Below are positions 1 to 7,700 of a DNA stretch of 11,411 nucleotides, one piece after another (the first letter of the stretch is position 1; every line of letters starts with the position of its first letter). The position numbers and the translations under genes were made by a program. The notes under the pieces were generated by a model. It was not told where the DNA came from and did not search any database. It saw nothing but the letters and a program-made list of their open reading frames with translations. The DNA lies in NCBI RefSeq assembly GCF_000143415.4, contig NW_003314270.1, positions 603,373 through 614,783 of the forward strand. The letters run 5' to 3'. This DNA comes from Selaginella moellendorffii (taxonomy: Eukaryota; Plantae; Lycopodiophyta).

Positions 1-553
1 TTCATTCTCCCGAATGACCCCATTGGATGTCTTGCTTTATGGGGGTATGCAACTCGAGTCAACTTCAAGAGGTCTCTTCCGGGTGCATCATGGATCATGT
101 TGGGGTCGAGACCAAAGGTGTCCTAGGCATGCCAGAGAAGGTAAGAAATCATCTTCTATTTTGGTTGTCTCTAAAGTTTTATTATTCAGATTATGATGTG
201 GACCTACCATGTGTTCTGCAGAAGGGAAAATGAGGGTTTTCATGATAACAAGCGTGCTGCAAGGGTTTTGCTAGGGTATGATACCTTTATTGACATCATA
301 CCAAATCTCGTAAACGACGACATCTGCAACATTATTTGGGTTTCAGTTCCGATCTTCATTGGCGATGCATGTCCTACTTGAGCTTTATTGCACAACTAGA
401 GGTGTTGTCATCAATTGCACAATAGGTAGTAGTTTGATGGTCAAGGCAGCATATGACTCTAGTAGATCAGTGTTTATGATTGAAGAATATAGATTCTTCA
501 AATGCCGTCTTAAAGGTTTTCATCCTTCTCTATTAGTTGCTTCTAGGAGGTAA
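1..553 (+). pseudogene. Possible degraded gene fragment with a candidate intron (141-221) and a weak F-box-like motif
   Basis: AAG|GTAAGA donor at 140/141 and TTCTGCAG| acceptor ending at 221 (81 nt, frame-preserving). Frame 1 has an internal TAG at 124-126, then reads IIPNLVNDDICNIIWVSVP, which loosely resembles the LIPxLPxD start of F-box motifs. It would need a frameshift into the 359-553 ORF to continue. Confidence 0.25.
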
Positions 554-726
554 TTTATGATGTTTTAAAAACTTATATACAATATATATTTCATTTTCTA
601 GAAGTCTTCCTAGGTATGCATAGCATAACATGTGCAATGTGTAAATTGAGGATTGGTATGAAAAATCTATTTATTAATGATACATTAAAAGACAATTGAA
701 TGCATCCACTTGCAATGAGAAAGATG

Positions 727-850
727 TGTCACATATAAATGTGATAATGATTGTGACAGTGACAATGTTAATTCAGCAGATAGTGATAGTGATAGTGTCA
801 GTGACAAAGACAATGTCAGTGTCAGAGATGACAGAGTTAGTGTCAGTCTG
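727..850. repeat. Degenerate hexamer array (GTGACA/GTGTCA/GTGATA units) with TGACA cores on both strands
   Basis: gtgacagtgaca...gtgatagtgatagtgtcagtgacaaagacaatgtcagtgtcag...tgtcagtc. Nine TGACA/TGTCA pentamers by hand count (727, 754, 760, 796, 802, 814, 820, 829, 841). Confidence 0.75.
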
Positions 851-998
851 TAAAATTTCATAATTACTAGTATTATGAGTTTATTATCTATAGGTAATAC
901 AATTTTGTTAATAAAAAAAAGGTGAGAGGGGGGGGGATGGATAATATCATAGTGTAAGAATTATTAGTAGCTAGAATTTTTAGTAGGATGGCCTAAAA

Positions 999-1517
999 TT
1001 ACCTTGTGGGTGTAGAATTTACTAATGGAATATTGTTCCTCACCATGAAGCGATAATGGTTGTGTGTTCTTAACTCTTTCTTGATTTTCTTATACATCCA
1101 TTTATGCACACCTTCCACACCAGTTCTTGGGCAATTATGATAGTGTTCTAGAAAAGTTTCTAGACCCATACAACCTTCCATTTTATCTAAATAAAAGTAG
1201 CAGATGGGACACTGGAGATAATATGTGTTCATTCTTTCAAAAGTTTCAGTCATATCTGGAGCAAAATCTTGAAGAAACATTTGGCATTGCTCTTGAAGCA
1301 TATGAAGCAATCCATCTTTAATAGCAACATCTAAAACATTATCTGGAAGAGGGATCTCTTGTTCAGGCACACTTGGGGCTACAAAAGGAAAAGCCTCACA
1401 ATGATTGTTGTGTGGAGGGAAGGGTGGAATGTTGGTAGAAGTTGAAGATGGAGGTGGAAACTCATATGAAATGCATGGGGGCCAAGTGCGAGTAGCAATA
1501 GCATTTTCCCTAGCCAT
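999..1517 (-). CDS. 172-aa protein: Pro/Ser-rich N-terminus plus a C2H2 zinc finger resembling zf-XS (SGS3 type)
   Basis: Intact ORF with TATAAAT ~55 nt upstream. The motif CPIC-x11-GL-x5-H-x12-H-x9-EL (C103, C106, H125, H138) parallels the recalled SGS3 finger CPAC-x11-GL-x5-H-x11-H-x9-EL. The adjacent paralog conserves the protein sequence, which supports coding status. Confidence 0.7.
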   Translation of the reverse strand: MARENAIATRTWPPCISYEFPPPSSTSTNIPPFPPHNNHCEAFPFVAPSVPEQEIPLPDNVLDVAIKDGLLHMLQEQCQMFLQDFAPDMTETFERMNTYYLQCPICYFYLDKMEGCMGLETFLEHYHNCPRTGVEGVHKWMYKKIKKELRTHNHYRFMVRNNIPLVNSTPTR

Positions 1518-1570
1518 TCCTACACTTTAAACAAACTGAAATTTCAATGTTGAAAACATCCTTTGTCGAT

Positions 1571-1577
1571 ATTTATA
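1571..1577 (-). promoter_or_regulatory. Candidate TATA box of the 999-1517 gene
   Basis: TATAAAT on the minus strand ~55 nt upstream of the ATG at 1517. The paralog has a similar TAGTATA context at 2246-2252. Confidence 0.45.
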
Positions 1578-1609
1578 CTAAGAAAAGATCTAGAGGTTCT
1601 TGAAAGTTT

Positions 1610-1624
1610 AAATTGTCAGTCTCA
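1610..1624 (-). promoter_or_regulatory. Conserved upstream element TGAGACTGACAATTT, copy 1
   Basis: The 15-nt sequence aaattgtcagtctca is identical at 1610-1624 and 2306-2320. It lies 93 and 113 nt upstream of the two paralog ATGs, while the surrounding DNA has diverged. Confidence 0.55.
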
Positions 1625-1772
1625 AAAATGGGTTAGAATTATGATAGTGTCAGAACCACTTGTATATATAATAATATCTTTATACATGCTAAAATACTAT
1701 CATTCTTGAAAATATAAGATTCTCCACTTTACTCATAAAGAATTAAAATTTTGAAAGAACTATACATGACTT

Positions 1773-2193
1773 TCACATTACATTAAAGGGTGGCTTAAAT
1801 ATCCCATATTCAGCACTTACTAATGCAATGTCCACCAATGGAATATTGTTCACCAAACCCATGCAACCATCTGTCTTGTTTAAATAAAAGTTGCATATAG
1901 GACATTGAAGATAATATATATCTACATTAAGCTCTCCTGCCATATCTAGAGCAAGATCTTGAAAAAAATATTAACATCGCTTTTGGAGCATTAGAGGCAA
2001 TCCAACTCTTTTAACAACATCATAAGGAAGGAATTCTTGTTCAGTTACAGTCTAGGTCACAAATGGAAAATCCTCACAATAATCCTCAAAATGAAAAGGA
2101 AGATTGTTGCATATTATTGGTTGAGATTGGATATGGAGGTGAAGACTCATATGAGAAGCCTCCAGGACCAAAAATAAACTTCTTCTTAACCAT
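1773..2193 (-). pseudogene. Pseudogenised tandem paralog of the 999-1517 zinc-finger gene
   Basis: Translation: MVKKKFIFGPGGFSYESSPPYPISTN / frameshift near 2100-2115 / YCEDFPFVT*TVTEQEFLPYDVVKRVGLPLMLQKRC*YFFQDLALDMAGELNVDIYYLQCPICNFYLNKTDGCMGLVNNIPLV. It is colinear with copy 1, with stops at 2052-2054 and 1971-1973 and ~40 codons missing between GCMGL and NNIPLV. Confidence 0.9.
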
Positions 2194-2305
2194 TGCAACA
2201 CACAACAAGAATTAAACTTCCCAACAATAAGAATTCTCTAATTAATATACTATATTTCAATCTCAGAAATGATGTTTTATTATGACATGACAATATATTG
2301 AATCA

Positions 2306-2320
2306 AAATTGTCAGTCTCA
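2306..2320 (-). promoter_or_regulatory. Conserved upstream element TGAGACTGACAATTT, copy 2
   Basis: Exact match to 1610-1624, with two more TGACA at 2283 and 2288. Confidence 0.55.
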
Positions 2321-3034
2321 GTAATTACAACCTACTATAGGAGACAAGTGGCTATAGGGTTCTAGAAGCTAAAAACTAGCACATAATTAATACATAGCCT
2401 TATTTTATATAGCTAGCCTACCATATATAATAATGGCGAATGCACATAGGCACGTGAGTATGCCTTTTTGCAAGGTTACCTTTCAATCCCAAAATAATAT
2501 ATAGGTTTAACTCTTTGATTTGTCCACATCATATATACTACATACTTATACTCTTTGTAAAGACAAAACATATCAAAAGGAATAAAATATATATAAAAAA
2601 AAAAAATTTATAATATTTTTGGATTAAAAAAGCCATTGAAAGGTTTATAGAGTGGATTTATTATTGTTTTCCGCTGTGATATCCATTTCTTTTTTTCTTT
2701 TGCTCTAGACTATTATTTTAGAAGTAACAGAAGCATTTTTATCAATAGTGACAGTGGTTTCTATATTCCCGAATGGGTAATAAAGACTAGGCATGTAATA
2801 TGAATATTATGGTAGTGAAACAAAATTAACATTCTCACATTTTTGTATGCTAAAACTACTTACAGATTTTTTGTCCTCCTTGCTTCCCATCTTTATAAAC
2901 CATAAAGAATGAATGAGTGAATTAGTGTTTCAAATTATGTATATATTTCTGGTCAATTGTTGAAATGTTAAAATGTTGAAATGTACAATAGAAATTTCAT
3001 GTTTATTCAAATTTCAATATTCCCATTTTTATTT

Positions 3035-3088
3035 AGCTAAATTATGCCTCAAGTTGGTCAGCTATGCCCGACCTACCCACTATCCCTA
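3035..3088 (-). repeat. 54-nt inverted copy of the 5' end of the LTR at 5682-6285
   Basis: Matches the reverse complement of 5689-5742 at 48/54 positions. All six differences are transitions, and one 25-nt run is exact. Confidence 0.9.
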
Positions 3089-3659
3089 CTAATACCAAAA
3101 GTTAATCTTTGGGACAAGCTTAAAACTTATTAAATATGGAATGGTGTTAAATTGAGAATTTAGATACGGGAACAACACTATTGTGTTCAGGACAATCTCT
3201 ACATTTCGTAAATATGCTAAATTAGCAAATCTAAACACTTTCCATAAATAGTAAATAAGATCAAAGAGGATTAACACAAAGGGCATGATAGCAAGAGTGT
3301 TTGGCAAACACAGTAAACTATCATCTAGCAAATATTAAAGGACCAATATCAATATTATGAGGGTTCTCAACACTAACAAGTGCAAGTTAATAAATGAGTT
3401 TCTCTAACTAGATCAAATATGCTTGACTAATAGCACTTAGGAATTCTGTCCTTATGCTCTTCTGGACAAGTGCACACGTGAAGACCAGTTTCTCAACTAG
3501 CTTGAGTGGAGACTAAAAAAGGGTCTAGTAATACTAACCTCCTACCATCGTGACAGTAAAAAAGAATATCCAAAAGGACTAAGTAATAGATAACTTTTGA
3601 TACCTACAGTCACATTCACAACATAGTTGCTATTACAAGTATGAGTGATGTCCAACATG

Positions 3660-4260
3660 CTACTAAGAAATATGCCATCACAATCAGAAACGAAAGTGGC
3701 TAGAATGCTAAATCAATAGACAATATACTTGTACAAGAATATGGCAGTGGCATTCTGATCTACTGTGCACAATGGGACAGCCTCCACCCATTTTAAGAAG
3801 TAATCCATGGCCACGAGCAAGTAGTGATGGCCGGACAAAGAAGGCATAGTGATAGGACCAACAAAGTCAAGGCCCCATTTGAAGAAGGGCCCTAGAGAAA
3901 CCAAGAGATGGAAAGGCAAAGTTGGAACCAAATTCCTAGGGTTGCAATTCTGGCATCACAAGAATGATTGTGCATAGGCAGCAGTATCCTTGAAAAAAGT
4001 TGGCCAATGAAAGTTGTGATGTAAGATAAAACAAGTTGTTGTGACTCCAAAAAAGTGGCCACCATAGCTGTGGAAAGCCCGAAGAAGGCTAGGAACCTCG
4101 TCCTCTCCCACACATTGCAAGAGGATCCTTTGTGGCATGTGCTGATAAAGAACTCCAATAATAAAAGTGTTGTTGTAGGCATTTATGCCTAAAGCTCACT
4201 GCTGCTCTAAAGATAATGTTGGAGGGGGTTTACAGGTATGAATATAGGTTGCCACATCCT
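3660..4260 (-). pseudogene. Gypsy integrase remnant (zinc-binding domain plus N-terminal part of the rve core), C-terminally truncated
   Basis: ILLQCVGEDEVPSLLRAFHSYGGHF...FHWPTFFKDTAAYAQSFL*CQ (HHCC domain) and GPFFKWGLDFVGPI...YLLVAMDYFLKWVEAVPL...YIVY*FSILATFVSD are in one frame, with internal stops at 3956 and 3713. Similarity fades after the second Asp. Confidence 0.93.
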
Positions 4261-4740
4261 GAAGGCCTATTAGAATAGGAGATATTTCTTGAGAAACCTC
4301 AACCAATGCCTCATTCAGATCTAAGACACGCTTCTTCCTCAACATGAATTGCAGATTGAACTCTTACATCAAGATGGTCCAAGCATAAATGTGAGAAGTC
4401 TAAAGAACCTTATCAAATCAAACTTGGAAAATGATGTGAGCTCCCAACAAAAGGTGGCAAAAACATTCCATGGAGAGGGTCTATGTCATCCTCAGGCTAT
4501 CAAAGGCAAACGCTAAAAGCCTCCTTCTCAATTGTGACGAAGATCTCAAATGGCCGTGTGTGTATTGGTGGCCACAAGATTGGTGCTAAGCGACTCAAAT
4601 ATGGTCTAATGATGATTAGTCCACACAATAGGAGTGTCCTTGTGGAATAAAGTCATCAAAGGATGAGTCTGAGCTGCATAATTGAGCAAAAACCATTGAA
4701 AGAAGCTAGTTTGCTAAAGAAAATAGGGAGCAACTTTCCA
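4261..4740 (-). pseudogene. Gypsy RT thumb/connection and native RNase H remnant
   Basis: YFL*QTSFFQWFLLNYAAQTHPLMTLFHKDTPIVWT (cf. SFLG..GFYRRFI..YA....PLT.LL.KD..F.WT), APILWPPIHTRPFEIFV, TIEKEA, ECFCHLLLG and WTILM*EFNL, with several stops, frameshifts and deletions. Confidence 0.85.
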
Positions 4741-4744
4741 TTAT

Positions 4745-4891
4745 TTTATAATATACACCTTCTATGACATCCTTGGCATACTTTTGCAAGTGAACATTGA
4801 TGTTCTCTGCTCAACCTCACATTCCTTTCGAGAGCATCTAGAGCACTTGGAGGCTGTTTTCTCTCATTGGCCGATGACACCATTTTGCACT
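4745..4891 (+). pseudogene. Reverse transcriptase palm fragment (decayed YxDD region), opposite in orientation to the adjacent pol
   Basis: The plus strand reads IYTFYDILGILLQVNIDVLCSTSHSFREHLEHLEAVF, matching the gypsy RT pattern IFxDxL...VYIDDxxxxSxSFEEHLxHLxxVF. Confidence 0.8.
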
Positions 4892-5567
4892 NNNNNNNNN
4901 NNNNNNNNNNNNNNNNNNNNNNNNNNNNNNNNNNNNNNNNNNNNNNNNNNNNNNNNNNNNNNNNNNNNNNNNNNNNNNNNNNNNNNNNNNNNNNNNNNNN
5001 NNNNNNNNNNNNNNNNNNNNNNNNNNNNNNNNNNNNNNNNNNNNNNNNNNNNNNNNNNNNNNNNNNNNNNNNNNNNNNNNNNNNNNNNNNNNNNNNNNNN
5101 NNNNNNNNNNNNNNNNNNNNNNNNNNNNNNNNNNNNNNNNNNNNNNNNNNNNNNNNNNNNNNNNNNNNNNNNNNNNNNNNNNNNNNNNNNNNNNNNNNNN
5201 NNNNNNNNNNNNNNNNNNNNNNNNNNNNNNNNNNNNNNNNNNNNNNNNNNNNNNNNNNNNNNNNNNNNNNNNNNNNNNNNNNNNNNNNNNNNNNNNNNNN
5301 NNNNNNNNNNNNNNNNNNNNNNNNNNNNNNNNNNNNNNNNNNNNNNNNNNNNNNNNNNNNNNNNNNNNNNNNNNNNNNNNNNNNNNNNNNNNNNNNNNNN
5401 NNNNNNNNNNNNNNNNNNNNNNNNNNNNNNNNNNNNNNNNNNNNNNNNNNNNNNNNNNNNNNNNNNNNNNNNNNNNNNNNNNNNNNNNNNNNNNNNNNNN
5501 NNNNNNNNNNNNNNNNNNNNNNNNNNNNNNNNNNNNNNNNNNNNNNNNNNNNNNNNNNNNNNNNNNN
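4892..5567. other. Assembly gap (676 N)
   Basis: Run of N. Confidence 1.
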
Positions 5568-5664
5568 TCTAGCGCCATCCATATTTAGTAAGTTTTGAGC
5601 TTGTCCCAGAGACTAACTCCTAATACTAAGGGAGCTTGGGGTGAAAGCCAAAGCGTGTGTCCTT

Positions 5665-5673
5665 AAGGGGGGG
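5665..5673 (+). other. Polypurine tract (PPT) candidate of a nested LTR element
   Basis: CTT-AAGGGGGGG ends 8 nt before TGTATAATAGGG at 5682. That spacer is longer than usual for a PPT. Confidence 0.5.
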
Positions 5674-5681
5674 TTTCAGAA

Positions 5682-6285
5682 TGTATAATAGGGATAGTGG
5701 GTAGGTCGGGCATGGCCGACCAACCTAAGGCATAGTCTAGCTCCCGTTTGCATGTTTGTCCTTGTTTTGCGTCCGGTTTGGGTCTAAGCCCAAGTTTCAT
5801 TCCATGCTAGCTGGTGGAATACCCATATCCTTGCGTTAGGCCATCAGTATACTAAAATAGCGCCAGACTCTATTTAACTCTGTTTTGCATGCTAGTCTTG
5901 GCATTAGGATGTTGGTTGCTCTAAGACTATTCCAAGTTGCTTCGAACTTCTGTCTCTTTGCTCCTTGGGCTGTATGCTCGGGAGTTGTTCCGTGGTCCGG
6001 TTGTAAGCTCCTAAATTTGGACTTCCTGAGAGGTCACCCAGCCCAATACTATTCAAACCTAAGGACGCTTAACCCTAAATATCCCAAGACCCTTAACTAA
6101 TTGGAAAAGGAGGTGCACTCTTATTTATGGGCCCTTTCCCTCTATATTTGAACCCTTACAGATCACCTTTCGAGTCGTTCTCTTTGGTTGCTTACACTGG
6201 TTCTGTCACTCCTTGGCTCCATACTTGGGAGTTCGGCACCGTTCCTTCGTTCAGTGGCCCAAGGCCCTGAACCTCGGGTTCCACA
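5682..6285 (+). mobile_element. Putative 604-nt 3' LTR of a second retrotransposon nested in the host element
   Basis: TGTA...CCACA termini (TG...CA) with an upstream PPT. The DNA is more GC-rich than its surroundings, has CTATTTAA near 5869 and no convincing ORF. The host polyprotein frame runs into it at 6285/6286. Confidence 0.6.
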
Positions 6286-6528
6286 CCACTGTCTTATGGA
6301 TATGTAGCATGTGATATATGGCATACAACATGTGGCATATGGAGGGTTTAAGTTTTTCTTCGTGGTGTTATCCTATGGTAAATCATCATAAGATAAAGGG
6401 TAAAAACCACGTGCACTACACTCAATCTCCATCTTGGCTGAAATCTCAGCCAAAGTCTCCTATAGGGAGGCCATGCATTGGGATTCCAAGCTCTTGGCTG
6501 CCTGCATGGCTATGGTCATGTCACATAA

Positions 6529-6880
6529 CAAGTGCTCAGCCCAAAAATTCTCCTAATGGGGAATGCTAATGAAGGTGGCATCATCAGAATATTGCTCCAT
6601 AGACACTACCTACTACATAAGTCTTGGAGGTGCCATTGCCAAACTTGTTATTTGCCATTGAGTTGGTGAATCACTAGCTGTGAATCCTTCTGTGAACTGG
6701 ACATGGCACACTGAAAGTTCCTTTGAGTTGCATGCATTAATCCCAGCAAAGTACTCACCCTCATTGCCAGATGAAGCTTGGAGAGCTTAGCAACCTAATT
6801 CTCCTAATCATTGATAATCTATACACCACACCCACCTATCAATATCGCAAGCACCAAGCTCCATCAAAAACATGAGGAAT
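6529..6880 (-). pseudogene. Additional archaeal-type RNase HI (aRH) domain remnant of a Tat-like element
   Basis: Four motifs in order: VFDGA (6868-6857), GNEGEY (~6765-6751), DSQLVIHQLNG (from 6686) and IPH*ENFWAEHL (to 6529). They correspond to FDGA / NNxAEY / GDSQLVxxQxNG / IPRxxNxxADxL. Frameshifts and stops are present. Confidence 0.85.
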
Positions 6881-6999
6881 GAAAACTTCTCTAAATAAAG
6901 GGGAAAGATCCACAATATTATCTTCTGCCAAGCTTGGCTAGAGATCCTGGTCCTTTGCATCCAAAGTTGTGGGAGGCAAAGTTGGGAGAATTGGTGTTG

Positions 7000-7700
7000 A
7001 CTCACCATGCTAACCCTTGCAATTGCCTTTCCACGATCTTGCAATATCAAGGGAGCCTCAAGGGCTTTTTGTTGAAGTGCTGCCTAGTAACTATCTGTTT
7101 AGAGGCTTGAGTTGTCCACAAGGGGCTGTATCATATCTTGCTGTTGCTTCCTAGGACACTACTCTGAGTGTAGCTTCCAACAATGACCGTCATCATGAGT
7201 CCTAGTCATGGCATTGAAGTAGGGCCGGGTAGCTGTGTTTTGGAGATGGTGTACACTGCTGTAGTAAGAGATGTCCCAAGCATCTTTGCCACACTAGAAA
7301 TACTTAGCTCTCACATCAAATCCTTCTCGATCTCTATGGCATAGTCATATGCATCACTACACTTGGAATGGTGTCACCTAGCCACTTTTTGCTCTTCTAA
7401 TATTGCTTGAATCACATTGTGTAATCAAGCATAGATTTGTTGTTGCTTTGCTGGAAGAGGAAAAGCTCGCAAAGCAGCTACTGCAGGCTCTTCTCAATTT
7501 CGAAAGCCTTATGAAAAGATAAGAGCAACCTAGGGAAGTCCTCACACTCATCCTTTACCAAAGCTCTCACCTAAGTTCACTTTCCCTATTAACGATCTCA
7601 CAAACTCCAAGAATCATGCCACCTTGGTGAAGATATGATTAGAGTTGCAATATTTGGCAAAATTGTCAATGTGGTCCTATAGGAGAAACCCTAAAGTAGG
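7000..7700 (-). pseudogene. Gypsy gag remnant (capsid region plus decayed CCHC zinc knuckle)
   Basis: DHIDNFAKYCNSNHI...FVRSLIG (from 7676), *LHNVIQAIL...DAYDYAIEIEKDL, and THDDGHCWKLHSE*CP (~7200-7153; cf. GHxxxxCWKLHPELRP). Confidence 0.75.

Noticed and set aside
1476-1484. WPP near the N-terminus of the zinc-finger ORF as the start of an XS domain
   Set aside because: It is on the wrong side of the finger, is not conserved in the paralog, and no other XS motifs follow.
2958-2984. (TGTTGAAA)x3 and the dispersed CTCTTGAAAYAAACAA-like copies at 8084, 8129 and 8222 as CRISPR-like repeats
   Set aside because: Too short and irregular, no spacer architecture, and the context is eukaryotic.
3089-3331. 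80-aa hydrophobic ORF, and likewise the ORFs at 5885-6100, 6318-6569, 6808-7050, 8889-9224, 1127-1321 and 3892-4182
   Set aside because: No recognisable motifs. They are antisense or off-frame to identified coding remnants, or lie in LTR/UTR-like DNA.
4746-5598. Four long ORFs (243-278 aa) in the ORF track
   Set aside because: Artefacts of translating through the N gap.
5704-5740. GC hairpin followed by CTAG as a Helitron 3' end
   Set aside because: CTAG is followed by C rather than T, similarity to the second copy extends past it, and it lies just inside a PPT-preceded LTR.
6434-6453. TTGGCTGA-aatc-TCAGCCAA hairpin, and also AATATTCC-n6-GGAATATT near 9127-9148
   Set aside because: Short 8-bp stems inside retroelement DNA, consistent with chance or ordinary LTR structure.
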